From Bacillus sp. (in: firmicutes) (GTDB lineage: Bacteria; Bacillota; Clostridia; Lachnospirales; Lachnospiraceae): 64,000 nucleotides of DNA. The position numbers were made by a program, and so were the translations under genes. Location of the stretch: contig JAMPCN010000005.1 of the NCBI GenBank assembly GCA_023666125.1, forward strand, positions 30 to 64,029. The letters are read 5' to 3'. Shown here piece after piece: positions 8,437 to 18,667 of the stretch; the first letter of the stretch is position 1; the number at the start of each line of letters is the position of its first letter. The notes under the pieces were generated by a model, which did not search any database, was not told the DNA's origin, and worked only from the letters and a program-made list of their open reading frames with translations.

Positions 8437-9845
8437 CCTATTTCCCCGCCTTTCTCTAATACAAAGCTGAAACAGGAACCCTCGCCTGTTCTGCTCTCAA
8501 TTTCCAGTTCGCTGTGATGGATTTTCAAAATCTCCACACAGAGCGCAAGACCAAGTCCTGCGCCGTTTTTACTTCTTGCCCGGGATTTATCCACCATATA
8601 AAATGCCTTGGTAATCTTACGCTGTTCTTCTTCCGGAATGCCGATTCCATAATCTTTGACCGAAAAACGATAGCCGGATTCCACAACTGCGCCGCTTATC
8701 TCGATGCGTCCGCCGGATTCCGACGCCTTGCAGGCATTATCAATCAAATTCACAAGAACAGTCTTAATCAAATTGACCTCCGCCAGCATTTCCCCCTGTT
8801 CATAGGCAAAGGTAAACGACATATCCCTGCTGCCGCCAAACATATCTTTCAGATAATCAAATATCACGTCGGCAGAAACATTTTGCAGCTGCGCTTCCTC
8901 TTTTCCCGCCACAATAATATCCAAAAGCCGAAGCGACATTGCCTCCAGCCTCTTTCCCTCGGTATAGATATAATTGGCGGACATAATGCTTTTTTCTTCG
9001 TCCATCTTATGCGAACGAAGCATATCCGCATAGCCGATAATCGCTGTCAGCGGCGTCTTTAATTCATGCGCAAATGCGCCCATAAATTCCTCTTTTGCCT
9101 CAATCTCTACTTTTAACTTTTCAATATTTTCTTCCAAAGTTTCCGCCATGCTGTTAAAATCCTGCGTCAGCTCACCCAGCTCATCCTGGCTGATCTGCTT
9201 TGCCCGGTAGGCATAATCCCCCGCTGCCATCCGCCTGGTCGCTTTCGTCAAAAGTCGGACAGGCCTTGTCAGGCTGGACGAAATCAAGTGCATAATAACC
9301 ATACCGACCAGCAGCATGGCCAGCGTTACCTGGCGGTACAGGGAAAATCCCATCGCCCGCTCCGTAAAAACCTCCGAAACGTCTTTCATATTCTCCAGAT
9401 AAAGAATCCTGTTAAGCGCATTGACGGTCGTGCCGCTATGCACATAATACTTATCCCCTGCCTGAATAATCCGATAGGTTTTCACATTCTCATCGGTCTG
9501 CATCAAAAGCGCATCATCCATTTCAAAGCCGTCGCTTGTATACAGCACATTTTTTTCTTCATCCGAAATGCGCAAAAGACGCCCGTCACTCTGCCCGCCT
9601 CTTTCCAGATTGGAAGCAATCTCCTCCACCGTATTGTCCGGCAGTACGCTGTATTTGGCCGGTACGCTTAAGGCCGCCGTTTCAAAAGCAAAGCCAAGAA
9701 TACTCGTTTCGTCCATCGCCTGCCCGACTTCTCTTTCCAGAGACGTCTCAAATACATAATTCACAAAATAGAAGCCGCTGAATCCCAGCGCCAGTGCCAT
9801 GACAATAACCATCCACAGCAAAATTTTTAACGAAAATTTCATCAC
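8433..9845 (-). CDS. Sensor histidine kinase (HAMP-HisKA-HATPase)
   Basis: FAHELKTPLT, NLIDNACK, DYGIGI, GAGLGLA; two TM segments. Confidence 0.95.
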   Translation of the reverse strand: MMKFSLKILLWMVIVMALALGFSGFYFVNYVFETSLEREVGQAMDETSILGFAFETAALSVPAKYSVLPDNTVEEIASNLERGGQSDGRLLRISDEEKNVLYTSDGFEMDDALLMQTDENVKTYRIIQAGDKYYVHSGTTVNALNRILYLENMKDVSEVFTERAMGFSLYRQVTLAMLLVGMVIMHLISSSLTRPVRLLTKATRRMAAGDYAYRAKQISQDELGELTQDFNSMAETLEENIEKLKVEIEAKEEFMGAFAHELKTPLTAIIGYADMLRSHKMDEEKSIMSANYIYTEGKRLEAMSLRLLDIIVAGKEEAQLQNVSADVIFDYLKDMFGGSRDMSFTFAYEQGEMLAEVNLIKTVLVNLIDNACKASESGGRIEISGAVVESGYRFSVKDYGIGIPEEEQRKITKAFYMVDKSRARSKNGAGLGLALCVEILKIHHSELEIESRTGEGSCFSFVLEKGGEIG

Positions 9846-10498
9846 GATACCTCTAAACGGTAACCGACTTTATATACGGCTACCAGATTATGCTCCCATC
9901 CCAGTTTTTTTCTTAACCGCTGCACATGCAAATCCAGTGTCCGGCTGTCGCCGAAATATTCCTCCTCCCAGACTTTCTCATACAGCGTTTCCCGAAACAG
10001 GGCTACATTTTTATTTCTCATAAAAAGCACTAAAAGTCCGAACTCCTTATTCGTCAATTCCACAGGCATTCCCGCCCTTGTCACTCTGCGCGCCTCCACA
10101 TCCACCGTAACGTCTCCGGCGGTCAATCTCTGCTCCGCCTTATTATAACGGCGAAGCACCGCCTCCACACGCGCCACCAGCTCCACAACGTCAAACGGCT
10201 TTACCAGATAATCATCCGCCCCAAGTTTCAGGCCTTTTACCCTGTCTTTCACCTCATGTTTGGCCGTGATAAAAATAACCGGCACACCAAGCGGTCTGAT
10301 ATATTCCATCACATCATAGCCATCCGCACCCGGCAGCATAATGTCTAACAAAATCAAATCGAACTCTTCTTTTTCAATCTTCGCAATGGCCGATATCCCA
10401 TCCTGTACCGCGCTACAGTGATATCCCGCGGAAGACAGGTTCAAATCTATCAAATCGCAAATCGGTTTTTCATCATCCACAATCAGTATCTTAACCAT
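9842..10498 (-). CDS. OmpR-family response regulator
   Basis: ILIVDDE, LLDIMLP, GADDYLVKPF, wHTH VYKVGYR; start at MVKIL. Confidence 0.95.
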   Translation of the reverse strand: MVKILIVDDEKPICDLIDLNLSSAGYHCSAVQDGISAIAKIEKEEFDLILLDIMLPGADGYDVMEYIRPLGVPVIFITAKHEVKDRVKGLKLGADDYLVKPFDVVELVARVEAVLRRYNKAEQRLTAGDVTVDVEARRVTRAGMPVELTNKEFGLLVLFMRNKNVALFRETLYEKVWEEEYFGDSRTLDLHVQRLRKKLGWEHNLVAVYKVGYRLEVS

Positions 10499-10517
10499 TT
10501 TTATCCTCACATTCCTT

Positions 10518-11675
10518 TCAGCCAACCCATCCCCAATAGGCACGCGCTTTCTCTATCAGCAATTCCATTGTATCCTCATCACTGCACCGATATGTCTCCT
10601 TGATATCCATATCCACCGAGAATCCTCCGGTTCTCTGGTAATAAATGGCATAATCGCTTTCCACGACCAGTTCCCCCGCATCCCCCTCATAGCTGTAACG
10701 CGCCAGCACTACGATATCTTTTAGTCCGTCTCCGTCAATATCACGGCAGTTAATGCCCTTAAGCGCATACAGATTATCATAATCCCCCATGGGCTGCAAA
10801 CTGGAAATAATATCCCCCTGCTCGTTGACAAGATAAATCATAAAAACATCAAAATTCGCAATCCGATACGTTCCCGGCACAACCTGTAACCGCCCCAATT
10901 TCCCAAATGTCCTGAAATAACATTGTTCATTGATGATAGCAAGCCCATGGGCAAGCAGTTCTTTTAAAGTAGTTGCCGTATATAAAAATTCCGTCGAATA
11001 ACCGTCTCTGACAAAAGCCGTAATTACCTCCGCACTCTTATTCATCCCGAAACGGTTGATTTTATCCGAAATCCGATAATCCCTGTAAAATCCCGCCTTT
11101 CCATTCTGGAAAAGCACGTCGCCCACCTTATAACTTTTTCCCTCATAAACGCCTTCTACGCCCATGCAGGAAGTAATCAGGATAATATCCATATGGCCGT
11201 CCTCGTCCAAGTCACGAAAAGAGACGGCCGCAATATCACAGTCAGGCTGTTTCATCTGCCCCAGCACCCGGCTGTTTGCCGCAAGCTGGTCCGTCTTATA
11301 AATGACACTTCCGCCCTCCGTCACAAAAAACAGGGCAAGACGGTGATACTCCCTCTCAAAAGCAGGAATCAGGGAGACTTCTCCATATCCTGTAATTTCT
11401 ATCGGAAAAATCTGATTTTCCACGATATCAAAACCGTTAGCCTCAATGCCGCTTCTGTCTTCTATCGCTTCCAACCGTGACTGATACTCCTGATATATGG
11501 CAAGCACATTTTCCTCCTGCCCGGTCTGCTCTGCCGCCTGTAATGTAAGCGAAAATAGCGGCCAAACAGCAAGACAGGATATCATAAATCCCGAAAACAT
11601 CATCCATCTGGTTTTTTGGGCATTCTTTATTCTGTTGTCTCTTCTTATGTACTTTAAAAATACCGTCATTTTCAA
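10518..11675 (-). CDS. Exported protein with FG-GAP/VCBS-like Ca-binding motifs
   Basis: Signal-like segment; DLDEDGHMDI and DIDGDGLKDI. Confidence 0.65.
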   Translation of the reverse strand: MKMTVFLKYIRRDNRIKNAQKTRWMMFSGFMISCLAVWPLFSLTLQAAEQTGQEENVLAIYQEYQSRLEAIEDRSGIEANGFDIVENQIFPIEITGYGEVSLIPAFEREYHRLALFFVTEGGSVIYKTDQLAANSRVLGQMKQPDCDIAAVSFRDLDEDGHMDIILITSCMGVEGVYEGKSYKVGDVLFQNGKAGFYRDYRISDKINRFGMNKSAEVITAFVRDGYSTEFLYTATTLKELLAHGLAIINEQCYFRTFGKLGRLQVVPGTYRIANFDVFMIYLVNEQGDIISSLQPMGDYDNLYALKGINCRDIDGDGLKDIVVLARYSYEGDAGELVVESDYAIYYQRTGGFSVDMDIKETYRCSDEDTMELLIEKARAYWGWVG

Positions 11676-11718
11676 TCAACCGCCTCCAAATAACTGCCGG
11701 TTCTTATCGTGCTTTCCC

Positions 11719-12588
11719 TTAAAATAAACTTAACTGCTCATATCCCTTATTTTCCGGAAATTCATGTAAATAGCCAAACAGTTTTTTCCTATCGCAAACG
11801 ATATTATGTTCATGGCACTGCGTTTGTAAAAATGCCATCAATTCCCGGTCGTTATCGCTTGTAACTTCATAGGCATAACCGTATTTTTTATGATATTTCT
11901 CACGCATGCCCGGGAAATGTTTATCAAGCGCCTTATAAAAGTACTCCCGGTTTCCCTGCCTGAGCGTCAGCCCCATCCCGAAACATAAAATGCCATATAC
12001 GCCTGCCTGAATACAGTAATCCAGAATGCCTTGCACATTTTCTTTCGTATCATTGATAAAAGGCAGAAGCGGCGACATCCATACCACGGTTGGGATGCCG
12101 TTTTCTTTCATAATCTGTAACACCTCATAACGCCTTTTTGTCGTGCAGACATTCGGTTCCAATATCCGGCACAGCTCTTCATCATAAGTTGTCAATGTCA
12201 TCTGCACCACGCATTTGCTCTTTTTATGAATGCTTCGCAGCAAATCCAAATCCCGTAAAATGAGGTCTGACTTCGTCTGAATGGCAAGCCCATATCCGTA
12301 TTCTTCTATCAGTTCCAGACACCTTCTTGTCAGTTGTATCTGTTCCTCGCACTGCATATACGGGTCGCACATCGCGCCCGTGCCAATCATGCACCTTTTC
12401 CTTTTGGAGCGCAGCGCCTGTTCCAGTAACTTTAGCGCGTTCTGCTTTACCTCGATATCCTCAAACTCATGCGTAAACTGATAACATTCGCTGCGGCTGT
12501 CGCAGTAAATACAGCCATGCGTGCATCCCCTGTACAGGTTCATGCCGTTTCCTGACGATAAAATTCCTTTTGCATCTACGAAGTGCAT
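11719..12588 (-). CDS. Radical SAM protein (SplB/Rv2578c-like)
   Basis: NLYRGCTHGCIYCDSR (CxxxCxxC), DPY, TKSD. Confidence 0.88.
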   Translation of the reverse strand: MHFVDAKGILSSGNGMNLYRGCTHGCIYCDSRSECYQFTHEFEDIEVKQNALKLLEQALRSKRKRCMIGTGAMCDPYMQCEEQIQLTRRCLELIEEYGYGLAIQTKSDLILRDLDLLRSIHKKSKCVVQMTLTTYDEELCRILEPNVCTTKRRYEVLQIMKENGIPTVVWMSPLLPFINDTKENVQGILDYCIQAGVYGILCFGMGLTLRQGNREYFYKALDKHFPGMREKYHKKYGYAYEVTSDNDRELMAFLQTQCHEHNIVCDRKKLFGYLHEFPENKGYEQLSLF

Positions 12589-12602
12589 ATTGTGTTCCTT
12601 TT

Positions 12603-13565
12603 TTATTGGGCGGAGTGAAAACCACTTCCATCTGTCGTTAATATACGGTAAATTTCCTCACAATCATATGACGGAGCAAGCTTTCTGGCAATTTCATAAA
12701 TAGATTCCACCACAGATAATTCTTCTTCCAAATCGTCCGCTATCTGGTTCGGCGTTTTTCCCTTTTGCAGTTTCAGGCATATCTGTGTAATCAATTTCAT
12801 ATTACTTCCGCGTTCTATTCCTTTCTCCATGCCTTGTTCCATACCTTTTTCCATGCCTTTTTGTTCTCCGTCGCTCCATATCATTTCACCCAGAACAGTC
12901 ATACTCAACACCTCCTTAATCTCATCCAATTCCACTTTCTGTAAAAACTTACAGGCAAAGGCATACAATACCGCCTCCATATGCTGCCTGTCCTCTTTGG
13001 ATAAATGTATATTTTCTTCACCAAGAATTTCCGTTACTGCAAGTATTCTGTCTTTAATACTACTTTTCCCCGCCATAAGCGGCGTCAATAAAAGCGGCGC
13101 CAGATTTTCTTTTGTAAGACCCCCGCGCAATGCCTTCGTCCGCAATACCTTTATCAATGCATCTGCATCTTTTTGTTTCATGTGCAACGGAATAATCCGG
13201 TAACAATTAATGCCCTCTCTTAATTCACTATGTATTCTGTTTACTTTTCCGGAACATACAACATAAGTTATTACCGGTTTCTTATACACCATTGCCGTAT
13301 AAGCTTCATAGGTACGAAACCGCCGCAAGTCATCCAAACTGACTTCCACACTTTCAAATTCAAAATGTGCAAGCGTTCCGTCATCCATTTCAAATAAAAT
13401 GTCCTCCGTCTGCCTTATCGCTTCCAATCGAATCTGTTCTGTCGGCAGCATTCGTACAATTCTTTTATTGATTTTAAAATACGGTAAAAGTTCCTGTCCA
13501 AAATACATACTTGCACTTTTCAATGCCTTATCCTCCAACTGTGCCTTGGAATAATGATTCTCCAT
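12603..13565 (-). CDS. Rpn-like PD-(D/E)XK protein (putative transposase/nuclease)
   Basis: EDILF...HFEFES motif, DLRRFRTY, C-terminal (E/Q)KG(M/I) repeats. Confidence 0.65.
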   Translation of the reverse strand: MENHYSKAQLEDKALKSASMYFGQELLPYFKINKRIVRMLPTEQIRLEAIRQTEDILFEMDDGTLAHFEFESVEVSLDDLRRFRTYEAYTAMVYKKPVITYVVCSGKVNRIHSELREGINCYRIIPLHMKQKDADALIKVLRTKALRGGLTKENLAPLLLTPLMAGKSSIKDRILAVTEILGEENIHLSKEDRQHMEAVLYAFACKFLQKVELDEIKEVLSMTVLGEMIWSDGEQKGMEKGMEQGMEKGIERGSNMKLITQICLKLQKGKTPNQIADDLEEELSVVESIYEIARKLAPSYDCEEIYRILTTDGSGFHSAQ

Positions 13566-13856
13566 ATCGCCCCTTTCCGCGTATACGGAAACCTATCTAT
13601 ATTATATGATACAAATATACTTTAAGCAATGCACGATTCATTTTATTGTGGTAACATATTCTAAAAATGATATTTAAAAAACGGATATTTTGTCCGAACC
13701 GGACAGTAATTCCAGAACTGTTCATTTTAGATTAATTATATTTTTGAAATACAGAAATTTTGCATTTAAATTTAAAATATAGATAGATTTTCCATACTCC
13801 ATTGCTTAAAGTGTATTCATTGTAACAGAGTATATTTAAAAATGCAATAAATATTT

Positions 13857-13885
13857 TGTAACGAATCGCCATCCGCTCCGTCTAA
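13857..13885 (+). promoter_or_regulatory. ECF sigma autoregulatory promoter
   Basis: TGTAAC-N16-CGTCTAA just upstream of the ECF sigma gene. Confidence 0.7.
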
Positions 13886-13905
13886 CTTATGAAAAGGCAA
13901 AGGAG

Positions 13906-14397
13906 GTGAATATGTCCATGGACTTCGACAAGCTGTACCAGACCTATTACATGCAGGTATACTCCTATGTGATGACGCTGGTAAAAAATGCCCACTTAGC
14001 CGAAGAAATCACGCAGGAAGTCTTTTTTAAAGCCTTAAAATCCCATAAAACATATGCGCATAAGGCAAGTGAACTGACATGGCTGTGTGCGATTGCCAAA
14101 AACAGCTGCATCGACGAGCTGCGAAAACAGCCGCGTTTTCAGGAATTAGATGATGAACTGCCCTCTGACGATAACATACAGCAGGCGGTGGAAGATGAAA
14201 ATACCACCTTGCAGATTCACCAAATCCTGCACCATATGGAAGAACCGTACAAAGAAGTATTCCAACTGCGCATCTTCGGCGAACTGTCCTTTAAAAATAT
14301 CGGACAGATATTCGGGAAAACGGAAAGCTGGGCGCGTGTGACATATCACCGCGCCAGAATAAAAATTCAGGAAAGGATGAACAAATATGGAGCATAA
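13906..14397 (+). CDS. ECF RNA polymerase sigma factor
   Basis: AEEITQEVFFKA, TWLCAIAKN, region 4 LSFKNIGQIFGKTESWARVTYHRAR. Confidence 0.93.
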   Translation: MNMSMDFDKLYQTYYMQVYSYVMTLVKNAHLAEEITQEVFFKALKSHKTYAHKASELTWLCAIAKNSCIDELRKQPRFQELDDELPSDDNIQQAVEDENTTLQIHQILHHMEEPYKEVFQLRIFGELSFKNIGQIFGKTESWARVTYHRARIKIQERMNKYGA

Positions 14398-15349
14398 TAT
14401 AAACAACTGCGAAATTATACAGGATTTACTCCCTTTATATCAGGACAGCATATGCAGCGATTCCAGCAGACAGATGATAGAGGAACATCTGTCTGCATGC
14501 GCGGACTGCACCCTGTTTATGCAAAAACTGCAAAACAGCGAAACGGAGAAACAATTAGTGCAGGAAAAAACAAGCGTATTAACGGCGCATTCCAAAAAAG
14601 AGAAAAAAAGAACTTTTACTATCGGTATCTGTACCGCGGCGATTCTCATGATTCCCGTTATTGTCTGCCTGATATGCAACCTTGCTATCGGGCACGGACT
14701 GGACTGGTTTTTTATCGTACTGGCTTCTTTACTTGTCACAGCCTCTTTAAGCGTCGTTCCGCTTATCATGGAGGAACATAGAGGATTATGGACTTTAGGC
14801 AGCTTCACCGCATCTTTGCTTTTGCTGCTTCTCACTACCTGTATCTATACGCATGGAAACTGGTTTTTCCTTGCATCCATTCCCACGCTGTTCGGGTTGT
14901 CTGTCGTATTTATGCCGTATGTTATCCACTGTATTCCATTACCGGAACCGGCGGCGCACCATAAAGGACTGTTGGTAATGCTCTGGGATACGATTTGGCT
15001 CTACGGCGTTATTATTGTCTGCGGTTTTCATTCCTCCACAGCGGACTATTGGCGCGTCGCTTTAGAAATAACGAATTTCTGTCTGCTGCTGCCATGGATA
15101 TTATTTCTCATTATCCGTTATTTCAAAAGCAACGCTTTCATCAAAGCCGGAATCTGTACGCTGTTTGCAGGTATTTTCTGCTCGGTTATCAACTATGTCG
15201 TTGCGTTGGTTTTGCGAGACCCATTGAATCATCCGATGAACTGGATACTCTGGAATAACGCCGCGTATGATATCCTTATCACTACGATACCGCTTGGCAT
15301 TATTTTCCTTATTATCGGATATTGTAAAAAGAAAAGAGATGCGCGGTAA
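14387..15349 (+). CDS. Zinc-binding (zf-HC2) membrane anti-sigma factor
   Basis: CEIIQDLLPLY...HLSACADC followed by multiple TM helices. Confidence 0.88.
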   Translation: MEHNINNCEIIQDLLPLYQDSICSDSSRQMIEEHLSACADCTLFMQKLQNSETEKQLVQEKTSVLTAHSKKEKKRTFTIGICTAAILMIPVIVCLICNLAIGHGLDWFFIVLASLLVTASLSVVPLIMEEHRGLWTLGSFTASLLLLLLTTCIYTHGNWFFLASIPTLFGLSVVFMPYVIHCIPLPEPAAHHKGLLVMLWDTIWLYGVIIVCGFHSSTADYWRVALEITNFCLLLPWILFLIIRYFKSNAFIKAGICTLFAGIFCSVINYVVALVLRDPLNHPMNWILWNNAAYDILITTIPLGIIFLIIGYCKKKRDAR

Positions 15350-15410
15350 AAACATAATTTTGACAAATACGGGTATATTAAATTCTATACCACGAAAGGA
15401 GTACACTACA

Positions 15411-15848
15411 ATGGAAAATCAAGATACTATCTCACTACTCAAAGAATGCGATTCCGGCACAAAAATGGCAGTAACTTCCATTGATGAAGTTCTGGGCAAA
15501 GTGCAGGATAACGATATGAAAAGTTTATTGACGGAAAGTAAAATGCACCACGAAAAATTAGGAAACGAAATCCACTCTCTGTTAATTGAACATAACAGCG
15601 AGGAAAAAGAGCCAAGTCCTATGGCTAAAAGCATGTCATGGTTAAAAACGAACATGAAAGTCGGTATGAATGAAAACAGTGACGCCGCTGTTGCCGATGT
15701 CATCACGGACGGTTGTAATATGGGCGTGAAATCGCTCCATAAATATATGAATCAATATCAGTCCGCAGACAAAACTTCCAAAGATATCTGCAAACGGCTT
15801 GTCTCTATTGAGGAAGAATTGTGTAAGGATTTAAAAGATTATCTGTAA
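15411..15848 (+). CDS. Conserved small helical (ferritin-like) hypothetical protein
   Basis: MENQDTISLLKECDSGTKMAV..., SD AAAGGAG upstream. Confidence 0.75.
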   Translation: MENQDTISLLKECDSGTKMAVTSIDEVLGKVQDNDMKSLLTESKMHHEKLGNEIHSLLIEHNSEEKEPSPMAKSMSWLKTNMKVGMNENSDAAVADVITDGCNMGVKSLHKYMNQYQSADKTSKDICKRLVSIEEELCKDLKDYL

Positions 15849-15859
15849 TTTCCTATATT

Positions 15860-15910
15860 ACAAACAAAGACAGGCGAATGTCGTTTATGACACGCCTGTC
15901 TTTGTTTGTT
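15860..15910. terminator. Bidirectional terminator
   Basis: ACAAACAAAGACAGGCG...CGCCTGTCTTTGTTTGT between convergent genes. Confidence 0.75.
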
Positions 15911-15941
15911 TCAGGTATTCTCCGCCGGGCGCGGGAATGAT

Positions 15942-17258
15942 TTAGTTTTCATACATCACTATCGTTTCTTCCGTACCGTCATTATAATTCCATAAAAACC
16001 AGCCGTACTGGTCTTTATATATGCAATAAGTATCATTTAAAATTGTAACAGATTTTCCCTCCGGGAACGGAAGCGGGTCTGACATGCTCAAATCCGTAAG
16101 GTTCACCCATCTGTACTCGTTGTTTCTTTTGTTATACCCAAGGTATTTATCGCCCCCATAGTAGCCTCCATATTTAGGCGCATACAGTTCTCCCCACTCA
16201 AAAATCTGCTCGCCTGTAATAATGTCATAAATACCATCATCATTTCCCCAATACTTTCCACAAAAAGAAGTACCATTAAGTGCATATATCATATCCTTGC
16301 TGACATCCGGAACAGCCTCGCCCGTATCTTCCCATTCGTAAGTATCAATGTTCAGTCGATACCATGAATCTTCTTCCACAAACATTATGTACACTGTTCC
16401 GTTGGCGGCAGCCATAATATAACCAGCTGCATGTTGTGGATTCATATCCGCTTTCAATCCATGCTCAACCTCACACTGTGGAATAGATATTTCGGCAATT
16501 TTCTCAAGGTCATAGGACAAAAGGAGATAACCGTAGCTGTCGTCAATATAACGGACAAGACATAAAATACCCTTATCAAAATACGCAGCATATGTAATTT
16601 CGTAAACAGTGTCATCTTGAAACTTATTCAAAAGCGCACCATCAGCATCATATGTATAGAATAAAGCATCTCTATATTGGTAATAGTCGGTTGACAGGAC
16701 GTAAAAGATGCCGTCCATGAAGTTAGTACCAGTAAAAGCAGACATGCGATAATATAATTCTTCCCCCTCCAATACCTTTAATTCTTTTGAGGAAATATCA
16801 TAAGCAGTATAAACAACATCTCCCGAACTATTTGTTAAATTATCCGCTATATAAACAGTTCCATTATAGATAAATGAACTGTTATTGTTATCTACATATT
16901 CATAATAAGTATGCTTCGCCCCCTCGCCTACGAAAAAGCCATTCTCATATTCCTCCTGTAAAAGCACAAGAAGCTCCGTTCCGGCATTATTTTGTTCTTC
17001 GGCTTCTTCCGGTTCGGGTTCCTCGGCTTCTTCCGGCTCCTCTTGTTCAGGTTCTTGAGTTTCCTCCGGCTCTTCCTGTTCCGGTTGTTCTTCCTGCTCG
17101 TTTTCCGTCTGCTGTTCGGCAGCATCAGCTTCACTTTCTAAAGCTGCCGTTTCCTGCGCACCCTGTGTATTGTCCGCGCCGCAGGCGGACAACAGTAACA
17201 GGCACATTGCCAATGCCAATACCAGCACATTTGTTTTTTTCTTTCTTTTCATCTTCAT
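15942..17258 (-). CDS. Lipoprotein with acidic E/P/Q linker and beta-rich domain
   Basis: Lipobox LLSAC; EEPEE repeats. Confidence 0.8.
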   Translation of the reverse strand: MKMKRKKKTNVLVLALAMCLLLLSACGADNTQGAQETAALESEADAAEQQTENEQEEQPEQEEPEETQEPEQEEPEEAEEPEPEEAEEQNNAGTELLVLLQEEYENGFFVGEGAKHTYYEYVDNNNSSFIYNGTVYIADNLTNSSGDVVYTAYDISSKELKVLEGEELYYRMSAFTGTNFMDGIFYVLSTDYYQYRDALFYTYDADGALLNKFQDDTVYEITYAAYFDKGILCLVRYIDDSYGYLLLSYDLEKIAEISIPQCEVEHGLKADMNPQHAAGYIMAAANGTVYIMFVEEDSWYRLNIDTYEWEDTGEAVPDVSKDMIYALNGTSFCGKYWGNDDGIYDIITGEQIFEWGELYAPKYGGYYGGDKYLGYNKRNNEYRWVNLTDLSMSDPLPFPEGKSVTILNDTYCIYKDQYGWFLWNYNDGTEETIVMYEN

Positions 17259-17377
17259 GTTTTTTAATTTCCTTTCATCACTTTTTTGTAAGCCGTTTCA
17301 AACGACCCGATAGACATAAAGAACCGGAGGAGGCATTGTGGGATGCCCCCCCCGGCTTTTTTTTGTTGTCTTTTGGC

Positions 17378-17406
17378 ATTATACAATTTTTTTCGCGTGA
17401 ATGCAA
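17378..17406 (-). promoter_or_regulatory. Sigma-70 promoter of the lipoprotein gene
   Basis: TTGCAT-17 nt-TATAAT on minus strand. Confidence 0.7.
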
Positions 17407-17472
17407 TAGCGATGCGCTGATAGTTGCTGAAAATAATTAATTTCCCTCAACCCTAAAAATTTTCTTGTCCTT

Positions 17473-17560
17473 TATGTCATAACCACTGCATTCCATTACC
17501 GGAACCGGCGGCGCACCATCATCGGATATTGTAGAAGAAAAAAGATGCGTATTAAAAAAC
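17473..17560 (+). pseudogene. Deleted remnant of a second anti-sigma gene copy
   Basis: Near-identical to ~14918-14962 joined to ~15314-15353. Confidence 0.75.
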
Positions 17561-17568
17561 TTTGTATG

Positions 17569-18579
17569 CTATACCACAGTTTCCGTCCATTCATCCATCA
17601 TTTCAAAATAACTGAAAAGTTCCGCAGCGATTTTATCGGTATCCGGAGAAACCGGCGTCTGTATCATACAGCCGTGAAGCGGCAGATTGTGCGTGCCGGT
17701 TTCTTTATCAAACTTTTCGCCCGTGAGAAAATAAGCGGATCTTCCCCGATGCGTTTCCGGCCGGGATTGTAAATACTGTTTGGCATAAAATATCAAATTC
17801 AAGTCCTTACTGCATTCATATTCCACGCTGACATAACACATGCCTTTCGGACAATTCTGTTCCAATGCCTCATACAGATGTTTGCTTACCTGTTCTAACT
17901 GTTCCGGGGAAAATTCATCTGTCGTCTCAGCGTCGTTTAACTGTTCCTTTGTATTTTCCCATACATCTACTAAGGTAACAGCATTAATATAACACCATAC
18001 TTCATCCCCATAGCTGTCTATAAAAGAAAAAGAACGGCTTTTCCCCACATGCAGCGTAACAGGTTTTTCCAATATATGCCGGACAGGCTCTGGTTTGTGT
18101 TTTATCGTGATAGGCATTTGCGGCGAATATTTCGGGAGTCTTTCCATTTCATCAAGATGCAGCGTCACAAGCTGTAAGTTCTCCCAATCTTCCTCCCTTA
18201 ACCATTCAGGAACCGTCCAGCCGGCGCTCATCATATCAAAAAATAACTGTATCAGCCCATAATCTTCAGCAGAATACAAAAGCGGACCACCCTGGCCGCC
18301 CTGTGTCTGCAATCTTTCCTCTCCAAGACAGAATTCGCTGCAATGCAGATAACAGCATGTGCTTCCTCCCTGTTCTTTTATGATTCTCCGCATATTACGA
18401 ACGCCTTTTAAGCTTACCTTTTTCGATTCCATATGCGGCTCGATGATATAAAGTTTGGCTTCGTCAGATAATGTCATACCGACAATATGGTATTTTTTCC
18501 CATCACGCTCTATCGTTTTTCCAATAACAAGAATATCATCCCACTTTTCGTGGATATCTTCTAAAAATGAAAATTCCAT
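17569..18579 (-). CDS. Hypothetical protein
   Basis: 336-aa ORF with SD GAGGTG; no motif recognised. Confidence 0.7.
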   Translation of the reverse strand: MEFSFLEDIHEKWDDILVIGKTIERDGKKYHIVGMTLSDEAKLYIIEPHMESKKVSLKGVRNMRRIIKEQGGSTCCYLHCSEFCLGEERLQTQGGQGGPLLYSAEDYGLIQLFFDMMSAGWTVPEWLREEDWENLQLVTLHLDEMERLPKYSPQMPITIKHKPEPVRHILEKPVTLHVGKSRSFSFIDSYGDEVWCYINAVTLVDVWENTKEQLNDAETTDEFSPEQLEQVSKHLYEALEQNCPKGMCYVSVEYECSKDLNLIFYAKQYLQSRPETHRGRSAYFLTGEKFDKETGTHNLPLHGCMIQTPVSPDTDKIAAELFSYFEMMDEWTETVV

Positions 18580-18667
18580 AATCGCACCTCGTCTTTTAAT
18601 GTAACAATTATAGCATATAAATATTAAGATTACCAGTTGTCAGTCAAACATATTTTTTATAAATTAG

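Noticed and set aside
17289-17313. Second SigD promoter (TAAG...CCCGATAG)
   Set aside because: Spacer is only 13 nt and the -35 box is imperfect
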